From contig JABDBG010000003.1 of the NCBI GenBank assembly GCA_013288745.1, positions 1,207-65,206 of the forward strand: DNA of 64,000 nucleotides, in the 5' to 3' direction. Each line of letters starts with the position of its first letter. The first letter of the stretch is position 1. Source of the stretch: Bacteroidota bacterium. GTDB taxonomy: Bacteria; Bacteroidota; Bacteroidia; Chitinophagales; Chitinophagaceae. This document shows positions 22,643 through 30,792 of the stretch, in pieces. Below the pieces are notes generated by a model. The model searched no databases and had not been told where the DNA came from. It was given only the letters and a program-made list of their open reading frames with translations. The position numbers were made by a program, and so were the translations under genes.

Positions 22643-24400
22643 CTATAATAACTTAAGTTGGGTGAGTATGGTAGAGATTAAATGAAAACATATTTCTTCT
22701 TCAATCGGATCTTGTATACCATGTTCTTTTAATAATTTTTCAAACTCATTAGCTATCCCTACCTTAGAAATCGGTGTTTTTTTATCTAAAAGTGAATCTG
22801 GTGCATAGTAAAATTTTGTAAATATTTCTTCGGCTATTGCGTTATATTTTTTGGGTTTTTCGACTTGACTAAAATCGGAAACGATTTCTGCTGCGTCTTT
22901 TTGAGTTATTATCTTTTCGCTAACAAGATAATCTAAATACTTTTTTGCAGCTTGGACATATAGATTATGAGGAAGTAGGTCTTCTATAGAAACAGCACCT
23001 TCCTGAATACTACTAATCTTAAAAACAGAAAATTTCTCTTTATTTCCGATAGCACCTTCTTTTTTCTTAACGGTATTATGAATATGAGTATCGTCATCGT
23101 CCATTAATACTATTAAAGGTCTTTCTTCGCTAATAAGTATCTGAACCATTGCGGGTATATTGGCTATAGATCCTGCATCAATTATCGATAATAAATCTGA
23201 AGAAAGAGAAATCGTTCCCTTACTAATAAAATAATTTAATAAGGCTCCAATATATATCCTATCTTCTGGCCCTTCAACCAATAAGGACTTATCTGCATAA
23301 AAGAAACTGTCAGATATATCAATCCCCAATGAAGTCCTTAATGGACGCCAATTATGCAAATATGGCTTGGGATTCAATATTGTACCTTTAGTAACACTTT
23401 TTTCGATAACCCATACATTGTTTGGATGCATTCTATTAATAGAAAATGGAGAATGAGTCGTATAAAAAACAACATGTTCTTTACTAATTTCCTCTAACAG
23501 TTTTACGAAATCTTTTTGTCCAGTAGGATGTAAAGAAAGAGCTGGTTCATCAAATAAAAAGATCGTATTCTTTAACCGTAGCTCAGTAAGGAATATTTTA
23601 TTAATTAAGAAGGAGAAAAAATATTGAAATCCTGTACTTCTTTGTTCAAAAAAACCGATTTTGTGGTAAGCATCATTGAAATATGCGGTAAATATACCGT
23701 CATGAGAATCAATTTTTAATTCTAAGCTATGTTCTTGATTGTAATGTTTATTTAATAATGCACTAATATTTACAGAAGCTCTTTCTCTTATTTCGATCAT
23801 TTGATTGAAAGAACGCATACTAAATTTTTCAATCTCGGCTTCTGTTATACCACCCAAAGCTAGAAGTCTAAAAAATGAATGAAATTTAGGATTCTCTCTA
23901 TCCTCCAAAAATTCTTTATAGTCAAATGGAGAAATAATAAAATCCTCTCTTTCATATAATTCTATATATGGTAAGAGTTCAAATAGTTCTTTTTCTAACT
24001 TATTCCAGTCCGCTGGAAATCTTGATTGTTCTTTACCAAATGTAAGTCCACCAACTAGTTGTAATTGTAGTATATTATTCTCCTTTATATTTTTATTAAC
24101 CGTTACCTGTAATTTTATAATGGCACTTAAATCATAACTTCCGTTTTGAACTAGAATTTTTACAGCACTCTGTTTTAACCTAGTAATATCAGGTACATCA
24201 AGTTCATATTCGCCAATTATTGCTGTATTATCTGATAATTCGATATCACTAGCAGATCCACCTAACAAGGAAATTGCTTGTAAAATATTGGATTTCCCAG
24301 ATTCATTTTTGCCAATTAAACAATGCAAATTGGAAGAAGGAACCAATTCAAGGTTCTTAATAGATTTAAAATTCCTAATGTTTATTTTTTTTAGCCTCAT
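22643..24400 (-). CDS. OLD-family ABC-ATPase/TOPRIM nuclease (stand-alone)
   Basis: Walker A IGKNESGKS, signature-like RSTG, Walker B/D-loop FLFDEPALSLHP, H-loop TTHSPF, TOPRIM LVEGPED and LMDDD, SIEDLL. Confidence 0.88.
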   Translation of the reverse strand: MRLKKINIRNFKSIKNLELVPSSNLHCLIGKNESGKSNILQAISLLGGSASDIELSDNTAIIGEYELDVPDITRLKQSAVKILVQNGSYDLSAIIKLQVTVNKNIKENNILQLQLVGGLTFGKEQSRFPADWNKLEKELFELLPYIELYEREDFIISPFDYKEFLEDRENPKFHSFFRLLALGGITEAEIEKFSMRSFNQMIEIRERASVNISALLNKHYNQEHSLELKIDSHDGIFTAYFNDAYHKIGFFEQRSTGFQYFFSFLINKIFLTELRLKNTIFLFDEPALSLHPTGQKDFVKLLEEISKEHVVFYTTHSPFSINRMHPNNVWVIEKSVTKGTILNPKPYLHNWRPLRTSLGIDISDSFFYADKSLLVEGPEDRIYIGALLNYFISKGTISLSSDLLSIIDAGSIANIPAMVQILISEERPLIVLMDDDDTHIHNTVKKKEGAIGNKEKFSVFKISSIQEGAVSIEDLLPHNLYVQAAKKYLDYLVSEKIITQKDAAEIVSDFSQVEKPKKYNAIAEEIFTKFYYAPDSLLDKKTPISKVGIANEFEKLLKEHGIQDPIEEEICFHLISTILTQLKLL

Positions 24401-24479
24401 AGGTGAGTTTAGTTTGGTATTATACCAGTAAAAATAAGCTGATTATACTAAATCAAGATATTTATAGCTTAAAAAATAG

Positions 24480-24644
24480 ATGAAGCATCTGGTTACTAGC
24501 ATTAGGATCAAACAATTACAAATTAATGATGAACAAGATCCAATAAGAAAGCAAAAATTAGAAATGGAGTTAGAAATATTACAAAAACAACAGAATATAG
24601 AAGCTTTAAGGAAACGGCTTGAACAATTAATAAAAAAACCTTAG
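24480..24644 (+). CDS. Small coiled-coil protein (54 aa; absent from the ORF track)
   Basis: MKHLVTSIRIKQLQINDEQDPIRKQKLEMELEILQKQQNIEALRKRLEQLIKKP*; divergent from OLD. Confidence 0.5.
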   Translation: MKHLVTSIRIKQLQINDEQDPIRKQKLEMELEILQKQQNIEALRKRLEQLIKKP

Positions 24645-24696
24645 AATACTGTTTACTATTTCATGGTTATTGTTTATTCTGGAATAAACAATAACC

Positions 24697-24915
24697 ATGA
24701 ATTGTCAAAAATGCGAGCAAACAGAAAAATATAAAGTCTTATACTATAATTTTTTTCAAAAGATATTTAAAGAAATACATGATTTTGATAAGACCAATAT
24801 TAATAAACTCAATGCCATATCTAATCACATAAAAGATACTCTTATTATGCATGGTGAAATTAATGCCGAATTCGCTAATTCACTATTTCATATACATAGA
24901 GATACTGACCAGTAA
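24697..24915 (+). CDS. Hypothetical protein (N-terminal CxxC)
   Basis: 72-aa ORF MNCQKCE; A-rich leader; 3' end overlaps the convergent ORF by 41 bp. Confidence 0.45.
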   Translation: MNCQKCEQTEKYKVLYYNFFQKIFKEIHDFDKTNINKLNAISNHIKDTLIMHGEINAEFANSLFHIHRDTDQ

Positions 24916-25135
24916 TCGTATTATCAAAAGTTAATTGATAATCGGTATGCAATCTTTGTAAGACTGCTATGGCTTCATTAGCACTGTTAAAAAACCACAC
25001 AGACATTTTAGGTTTTAATTTAGGTAATTGTGCAACACCTGTTACTAATCCAAACTGAATAAAATCTGTACCTGCTCTATTTCTAATTTCGTTTAGTATT
25101 AATTTACTATCGTCATATATTTCTTGTGCCGTCAT
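24875..25135 (-). CDS. Hypothetical protein
   Basis: Likely start MTAQEIYDD at ATG 25135; 86 aa. Confidence 0.6.
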   Translation of the reverse strand: MTAQEIYDDSKLILNEIRNRAGTDFIQFGLVTGVAQLPKLKPKMSVWFFNSANEAIAVLQRLHTDYQLTFDNTITGQYLYVYEIVN

Positions 25136-25210
25136 TATTGTCTTATTTAAGAATGAAAATAATACTTTTTTTAAAAATTTAAAGCTCGTTTGACAAAAAT
25201 ATAACATATG

Positions 25211-25786
25211 CTATTCGCTTACTTCTAAAAAACATATTTCACCTTTGTATCCTAAACAATTTCCATATGTATCATGTACTTCCCTAGTAGAAATACCAAT
25301 TATAGTTGATCCAGAATAATACTTTTTATTCTCATCTTTGGCTCTACTCAAATTGATATTGTCTTTATAAGCGTATTGCCGATTAATTGAATTGTCTACT
25401 TTACTATTCTCTGTTATGTAAGGTACCACGCCTACAACACCATTATTATAGGTATAATATTCATTTGCATAGAGCAAAACCCATTTTTTTCCAGCAGGTA
25501 CAGTATAGTTTGATGAGCTGTAATGTCCAGATCCACCATATTCGTCTTGTGAAAGATGAACAACACTACTTTGCATACCCCAATTTAATTTTACAATTCT
25601 TTCACCATCTTTCAGCTCCTGACCTTGAAATAATTCTCTATTAACTTTTACAGGTTCTTCCACTTTTGGAGCTGGTGTTAAGTTAGAAATTGTGGTATCA
25701 CTTGGTGAATTGTTAGGTGGATTTACTGATTGATTACATGAACTAATGATTAGAATTAGTACAAATAATTTTGCAAAGGATTTCAT
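25211..25786 (-). CDS. Hypothetical lipoprotein
   Basis: MKSFAKLFVLILIISS-C lipobox from ATG 25786; Pro/Asn linker, then a beta-rich domain. Confidence 0.75.
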   Translation of the reverse strand: MKSFAKLFVLILIISSCNQSVNPPNNSPSDTTISNLTPAPKVEEPVKVNRELFQGQELKDGERIVKLNWGMQSSVVHLSQDEYGGSGHYSSSNYTVPAGKKWVLLYANEYYTYNNGVVGVVPYITENSKVDNSINRQYAYKDNINLSRAKDENKKYYSGSTIIGISTREVHDTYGNCLGYKGEICFLEVSE

Positions 25787-25820
25787 ATTAGATAATTGAT
25801 TTATTGAATAAAGGATGTTT

Positions 25821-26432
25821 TTATCTTTCATTAAGCTGTCCACTAAGATTTAAATCGGCTATAGCAGAAGGAGTATCACGCTCTAATGGTGATAGTGGAT
25901 GTGGGTTACCAACCCATGTTACATTACTAGGAAGTAGCGGTATACGTAGTTTGTTATTTAAAACAATTACTTGTAGATAGTATCCAGAATCACATGATTG
26001 GAAATATGGTGCTGGTTGAGCTGGATTGATATATTGCAATGTTATGTAGCAGCTGTTGGTATCAGTTAACGGGCCGTCCCAATGTGTATTTATAAGTAAA
26101 TAGTTTTTAGTACTGGTTGGTCTTTGGAGAAAAGTCACACTTATTTTTGAAATATTACCAGCTGAATCACCCTCACAAATAAGGGAATTAGTTGCACTAT
26201 CCCACTTAGCCGTATTAGCTGATAGATTAATGGAATCTTCATGATAAGAGTTAATTGGAACATTGAATATGGTATATGTTGTCCAATGTGATAGCGGGAT
26301 CGTGTCACCAGCTGGAATATTATTGTGTGCAGTGTCTGTGTTATTAGGTGGTGATGCAGGGTGGTTAAGCTTTTTACAGCTCAATATGGCAACGGTTGAA
26401 ATAATAATGATAATAGCTAATAGTTTTCTCAT
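25821..26432 (-). CDS. Hypothetical lipoprotein
   Basis: MRKLLAIIIIISTVAILS-CKK lipobox; Pro/Asn/Thr linker. Confidence 0.78.
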   Translation of the reverse strand: MRKLLAIIIIISTVAILSCKKLNHPASPPNNTDTAHNNIPAGDTIPLSHWTTYTIFNVPINSYHEDSINLSANTAKWDSATNSLICEGDSAGNISKISVTFLQRPTSTKNYLLINTHWDGPLTDTNSCYITLQYINPAQPAPYFQSCDSGYYLQVIVLNNKLRIPLLPSNVTWVGNPHPLSPLERDTPSAIADLNLSGQLNER

Positions 26433-26459
26433 AGTTAAAAATTTTCGCTAAGATAGTAA

Positions 26460-26481
26460 ATTATAGCACATGTGCTATAAT
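26460..26481. promoter_or_regulatory. Perfect 22-bp palindrome, candidate XRE operator
   Basis: ATTATAGCACATGTGCTATAAT in the 80-bp divergent gap between the lipoprotein and XRE genes. Confidence 0.7.
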
Positions 26482-26512
26482 AATTACGTGCCAAATAAAT
26501 TCATTTTGGTAA

Positions 26513-26779
26513 GTGAAAAAAGCAACTAAATCTAAACGGGTTTTAATCTTTGATGAGGAAGGACTTAAGCTATTGGCTAAACACTTAAAAAAAGTGAGAA
26601 TGGCCAAAGGTTATTCCCAGGAAGAATTGGCTTATGAATCAGGAATGACCTTATCTCAAATTGCAAGGATCGAAACGGTCAAGATTAATCCAACCGTTAG
26701 TACAATATTTAAGTTGGCCCGTACTTTACAAGTACCAGTATCGGATCTATTCGATTTCAAACTACCCAAAGAAAATTAA
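26513..26779 (+). CDS. XRE-family (HTH_3) transcriptional regulator
   Basis: LKKVRMAKGYSQEELAYESGMTLSQIARIETVKINPTVSTIFKLARTL. Confidence 0.92.
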   Translation: MKKATKSKRVLIFDEEGLKLLAKHLKKVRMAKGYSQEELAYESGMTLSQIARIETVKINPTVSTIFKLARTLQVPVSDLFDFKLPKEN

Positions 26780-26824
26780 TATAAGTTGTTGTAGTTTCTT
26801 TGTATGTTTGAAAAAATTCCTACT

Positions 26825-27097
26825 ATGAAACGCATAATCACCCTAGTACTATTATCATTTCTATCTTATTGTTCCTACGCTCAAAAAGCAGATAGTACTC
26901 ATGCTGTTCACCATGTAACTCATGCAACAACGATACATCATTATAAAAATCATGAAGGCCATACAGTACAATCTCCAACCTATTACGACAAAGCACCAGA
27001 AGGAGCCACAGCAGTATGTGGAGATGGTACGTATAGCTATAGCGAATCTCATAGAGGTACTTGCTCGCACCATGGTGGTGTCAGAAAATGGCTATAG
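26825..27097 (+). CDS. Exported DUF3761-domain protein
   Basis: Signal peptide from ATG 26825; GATAVCGDGTYSYSESHRGTCSHHGGVRKW. Confidence 0.82.
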   Translation: MKRIITLVLLSFLSYCSYAQKADSTHAVHHVTHATTIHHYKNHEGHTVQSPTYYDKAPEGATAVCGDGTYSYSESHRGTCSHHGGVRKWL

Positions 27098-27147
27098 TTG
27101 ATTCTATTATAATTTCGTCATTTTTTAACCCTAAACATATAATCCTT

Positions 27148-27381
27148 ATGTCCGCATCTTACGTAGAACACAGACCCCATGCCTCAAGTGAGCATGTCCC
27201 TACTTCCCATTATGTTGTAATTGTTGATGGAAAAGAAGTTGGAGGTTCATTCTCAACCCAAGCTAAAGCAAAAGATTATGCTTGTGACGCAAATCACCAT
27301 CCTGTACATGTGGCTAGACAACGCCACCTGCAAGACAGGAGTCAACCTGCTCATTGGAAAGTAGATCAATGTAAAAAGTAA
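27148..27381 (+). CDS. Small His-rich hypothetical protein (weakly DUF2188-like)
   Basis: Start MSASYVEHRP at ATG 27148; FSTQAKAKDYA; followed by a terminator. Confidence 0.65.
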   Translation: MSASYVEHRPHASSEHVPTSHYVVIVDGKEVGGSFSTQAKAKDYACDANHHPVHVARQRHLQDRSQPAHWKVDQCKK

Positions 27382-27386
27382 TGTTA

Positions 27387-27418
27387 TAAGGGGGCTTATA
27401 ATAGCCCCCTTAATTTTT
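27387..27418 (+). terminator. Rho-independent terminator within the cargo
   Basis: TAAGGGGGCT-tataat-AGCCCCCTTA followed by ATTTTT. Confidence 0.8.
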
Positions 27419-27439
27419 CATTTATCAAAACTTAAACTT

Positions 27440-27736
27440 ATGTCACATTTCTTAACAAGAGTTGTTCTCCACAAAACAAATAATTTGGTACATCCTGATT
27501 ATACAGCTCTCCACACTGCCATGGAAGATGGTGGATTTTCAAGGCAAATCTTAGGTAGTAATGGTACAACATACCATCTACCAGCTGGAGAATATTTGAT
27601 AAAAAGTGATTTAACTCTGTTAGAAATTCATCATCTAACTAAAAAGATTATCGCTTCTATTGATGAAGATTATGGAGTTGTTTCTGTTAGTATAGTAATA
27701 GAAGATTTAATGCTTACTGGGCTTATAGCGGTTTAG
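27440..27736 (+). CDS. GhoS/DUF2622-like protein (ferredoxin/Cas2-like fold, putative endoribonuclease)
   Basis: FLTRVVLH...DYTALHTAMEDGGFSRQILGSNGTTYHLPAGEY matches the recalled DUF2622 pattern. Confidence 0.7.
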   Translation: MSHFLTRVVLHKTNNLVHPDYTALHTAMEDGGFSRQILGSNGTTYHLPAGEYLIKSDLTLLEIHHLTKKIIASIDEDYGVVSVSIVIEDLMLTGLIAV

Positions 27737-27948
27737 CGATTTGGGATCTTTTGGTATCAATATTCATTTTACTCGTATCAACTTCACAATACCAATTTTT
27801 ACCACATAGTGCCAAACATACTCCTTTGATATACTTTATTATTTTTTTCATATTAATAAATATATCATACTGTGTGAATAAGTAAACTCTAAAAGAATCT
27901 CTACACTTAAATACTTTTCTTAAATTCATATTACTAAAATCAATTCTT

Positions 27949-28242
27949 ATGGCATACTTAAGAAAGAAAAAAGTAGGAGCTTCAAAAGTTATTAAAAAGA
28001 GTAACGGATATTTAGTGTTCTCTGATAGTGGTACATCTGTTCATCGTTGGATGGCAGAAAAGAAATTAAAAAGGAAGTTAAAACCTGGTGAAGTTGTTCA
28101 CCATAAAGACAGAAACAAACTTAATAATTCACCTACTAACTTACATGTTTTTGGTAGCCAAAAAGAACATTCGAATGCTCATAAAAAAGATGCAGCAAAA
28201 TATGGTTGGGATTATAGTCTGAAGGGGAAAAGGAGAAAATAA
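27949..28242 (+). CDS. Stand-alone HNH endonuclease (HNH_3 type)
   Basis: VHRWMAE...EVVHHKDRNKLNNSPTNL...EHSNAH; very basic termini. Confidence 0.85.
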   Translation: MAYLRKKKVGASKVIKKSNGYLVFSDSGTSVHRWMAEKKLKRKLKPGEVVHHKDRNKLNNSPTNLHVFGSQKEHSNAHKKDAAKYGWDYSLKGKRRK

Positions 28243-28262
28243 TTACAATACTAACCGTACTC

Positions 28263-28958
28263 ATGATTCTAAAAAAATATAAAAATCAATTATTCCAATT
28301 CTTAAAAGATCATCCTATTGGATTCAATAATTTTGAATTAATTGAAAGCGAAAATGCATTAAAACTTGAATATAAAAACACTCCATTTTTCTTTGTTATA
28401 AATGGTGATGTTGATTTTGATTTATTCTATTGCAGTTGTATTAGCTTTCAAAATGGGTATCCACATATTGATTTATCACGTGGAAATTCAGAGCCATTTA
28501 GTGATATTATTGGACAACTAAAATATTGGATCAATAATGACCTTGCGGCTTACAATGAGGAACGTGAAGCCATAGACTTATGGGAAGAGTATAATAAGGG
28601 TGAAACCTTACTTGACATTGAGCAAATCGATTTCGGTGATAAAACAAATTTTAGCATTGATGAACAGAAACAAATTGCTCTATCAATTAATGAATTAAAA
28701 TCCTTAATCCAAGCAAATTTTGCTATTAATTCGGCTCAACTCGCTCTAGTAAATGCAAGACTAGATTACTTAATAGAATCTTCTCAACGATTAAATAGAT
28801 TTGATTGGAAAAGTATAGCAGTTAATACAATTATTTCGATTTCCGTAGCTATGTCATTTGATACCCAGCAAGGAACTCAATTATTTGAATTATTTAAGCA
28901 AGTGTTTAGAATTGTACCAGCTTTATTTCACGTAAATTCAGGTATTGTTATCCCTTAA
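28263..28958 (+). CDS. Hypothetical protein
   Basis: 231-aa ORF 20 bp downstream of HNH; helical C-terminal half with a hydrophobic segment. Confidence 0.75.
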   Translation: MILKKYKNQLFQFLKDHPIGFNNFELIESENALKLEYKNTPFFFVINGDVDFDLFYCSCISFQNGYPHIDLSRGNSEPFSDIIGQLKYWINNDLAAYNEEREAIDLWEEYNKGETLLDIEQIDFGDKTNFSIDEQKQIALSINELKSLIQANFAINSAQLALVNARLDYLIESSQRLNRFDWKSIAVNTIISISVAMSFDTQQGTQLFELFKQVFRIVPALFHVNSGIVIP

Positions 28959-28993
28959 TTAATTCAACTATAATTAACCCCTTAATTAAACTT

Positions 28994-29293
28994 ATGGAAA
29001 CAGTAGAATCTTTGCTTAAGGAATTGGAAGTTATATCCAATAATATTGTGGAAAAATACGTCCAACAATATATAGAAAGTCTTACTGATAAGCCAGACTA
29101 TTCTAAAGATGATTTTTTTAAAGCCATATATCCTGACCTTAATAAAGAACTAACCCAAGCAGGAGTAGATACTTTTCATAAATCTATAATCAACCATGTG
29201 GTTTATGATCCGATGAAATTGACAATTGGTGTTCAAAGAATAAAATTAGAATCACTAGAAAATTTGATGAGTAGATTAATCAATAAGGAGTGA
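28994..29293 (+). CDS. Hypothetical protein
   Basis: 99-aa ORF with a typical AT-rich leader. Confidence 0.65.
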   Translation: METVESLLKELEVISNNIVEKYVQQYIESLTDKPDYSKDDFFKAIYPDLNKELTQAGVDTFHKSIINHVVYDPMKLTIGVQRIKLESLENLMSRLINKE

Positions 29294-29602
29294 TTAATCT
29301 GGCAATAATGACATTGATGGTATGTTTTGTAAAGCTACTAAGGAGTACTCCGCTTCTTGTTTTAGTTCTTGGGTTAATTCATTATAGCCTAACGTTAATT
29401 TGTTCAAGTATTTATCAATATCTAAACAAAGGGTTTGTACTGTAGGTTCAATTACTGTTAGAAATACATTCGGATCATATGGACAGGTCATTATTTCATC
29501 AGTAATCTCAATTCTTAATAAAAATGCATCCCCGTATTTAGTCGCATTTAAGAAATTAACAGATAAATTATTGATGATAGAGATTTTCTCTGATTTGGTC
29601 AT
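29294..29602 (-). CDS. Hypothetical protein
   Basis: 102-aa ORF abutting the convergent ORF stop-to-stop. Confidence 0.6.
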   Translation of the reverse strand: MTKSEKISIINNLSVNFLNATKYGDAFLLRIEITDEIMTCPYDPNVFLTVIEPTVQTLCLDIDKYLNKLTLGYNELTQELKQEAEYSLVALQNIPSMSLLPD

Positions 29603-29694
29603 AATTTGCTTTTTTTACAATATAAGACCAACAAATATAATAATCACATTATTTGGTATAAAGTTCCCGATAGTCACTTAATATAACTCTAGTT

Positions 29695-30381
29695 ATGCCC
29701 CAATTTAATACTGAAAATCTATTAAAAGTGTCCTTGCCAGCATTTATACTAATTGGTGTAACACAATTAGCATCCTATTATTATCAATTCAAAATTCCAA
29801 TTTTTGATTATTTAGATTTCACGGAAATAATTGTGTTTTTTCTTGGAAATATTTCAATGTACATTTCCATAATGTACTTTATGAGTTTTATTCTTTTAAA
29901 AAATACTCCTAAGTATGTAATTGTTCCTTCTATAAGTTATGTATTACTTGAAATTATTGTTGTAATAAATGGTAATATAGAATATAGGATCATTAGTACT
30001 GATACATTAATAATCGCAGTTTTTGGTATACTTATCTTTTTTCTATTAGCTATAAATAAGAATAAAATTAAAATTCCAGTTTTTACTGGAAATGAAAATT
30101 GGATTATGGTGTATGCCACTCTGGTTATATGCTTACTTATAATTAGTCTATCTGGGTATTTTAATGCTATTCAAACTAAAAGTAGACATCCGTATAAAGG
30201 AACTTCAATCTTTATTGATGGTAAAGAAATAAAATCAAATGACACTTGTTATTTTGTTGGAAAGACGCATAACTATGTTTTCTTTTTTAATGAAAAAGAC
30301 TCTACTTCTTTAATATATCCCATAAGTAAAATTGATAAAATTATTTTTAAAGCAAAGGATTCTCATTTTTCCTTTTGGTAG
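29695..30381 (+). CDS. Hypothetical multi-pass membrane protein with a soluble C-terminal domain
   Basis: About 5 hydrophobic segments, then YFVGKTHNYVFFFN. Confidence 0.75.
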   Translation: MPQFNTENLLKVSLPAFILIGVTQLASYYYQFKIPIFDYLDFTEIIVFFLGNISMYISIMYFMSFILLKNTPKYVIVPSISYVLLEIIVVINGNIEYRIISTDTLIIAVFGILIFFLLAINKNKIKIPVFTGNENWIMVYATLVICLLIISLSGYFNAIQTKSRHPYKGTSIFIDGKEIKSNDTCYFVGKTHNYVFFFNEKDSTSLIYPISKIDKIIFKAKDSHFSFW

Positions 30382-30492
30382 GAATATTCATAAAAGTAAA
30401 TTATTAACCTTTTATAAAATCATTCCAAGCATCTGTATATACATTTATTTTATACAAAAATGGAGCATTTATGAAAAAAATATTACAATAAA

Positions 30493-30524
30493 TTTGGAAT
30501 ACAATGTGTTCCGTTATATATTTG
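30493..30524 (+). promoter_or_regulatory. Promoter of the RHH-transposase unit with an overlapping palindrome
   Basis: -33 TTTG (30493-30496), 20-bp spacer, -7 TATATTTG (30517-30524); GGAATACA-A-TGTGTTCC (30496-30512) spans the spacer. Confidence 0.7.
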
Positions 30525-30541
30525 TGATATAAAATTCTATT

Positions 30542-30727
30542 ATGGAAAATGATGAAGCTTTAAGATTACGAATAAGTGCAGACATGAAAGCTGAATTACA
30601 GAAGTTAGCCGATAAAGAAAAAAGAAAGCTAAGCGATTATATCCGTTTGGGATTAGAACAAATGATAGCCCAATCTAAAACTTCTGAAATAACTAAACAT
30701 AAAGAAAAGGGGAAAAACAACAATTAA
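30542..30727 (+). CDS. Ribbon-helix-helix (CopG/Arc-like) DNA-binding protein
   Basis: LRLRISADMKAELQKLADKEKRKLSDYIRLGL: alternating beta strand plus two helices. Confidence 0.85.
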   Translation: MENDEALRLRISADMKAELQKLADKEKRKLSDYIRLGLEQMIAQSKTSEITKHKEKGKNNN

Positions 30728-30792
30728 TTTTTTTTAATCAAAATGGAATACAAAGGAATTCAAAGAGATACATACAAAGGTTAACACCACTA

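Noticed and set aside
22643-24400. Gabija, PARIS or retron system
   Set aside because: No UvrD helicase, separate partner nuclease operon or reverse transcriptase is adjacent; ATPase and TOPRIM are in one stand-alone ORF.
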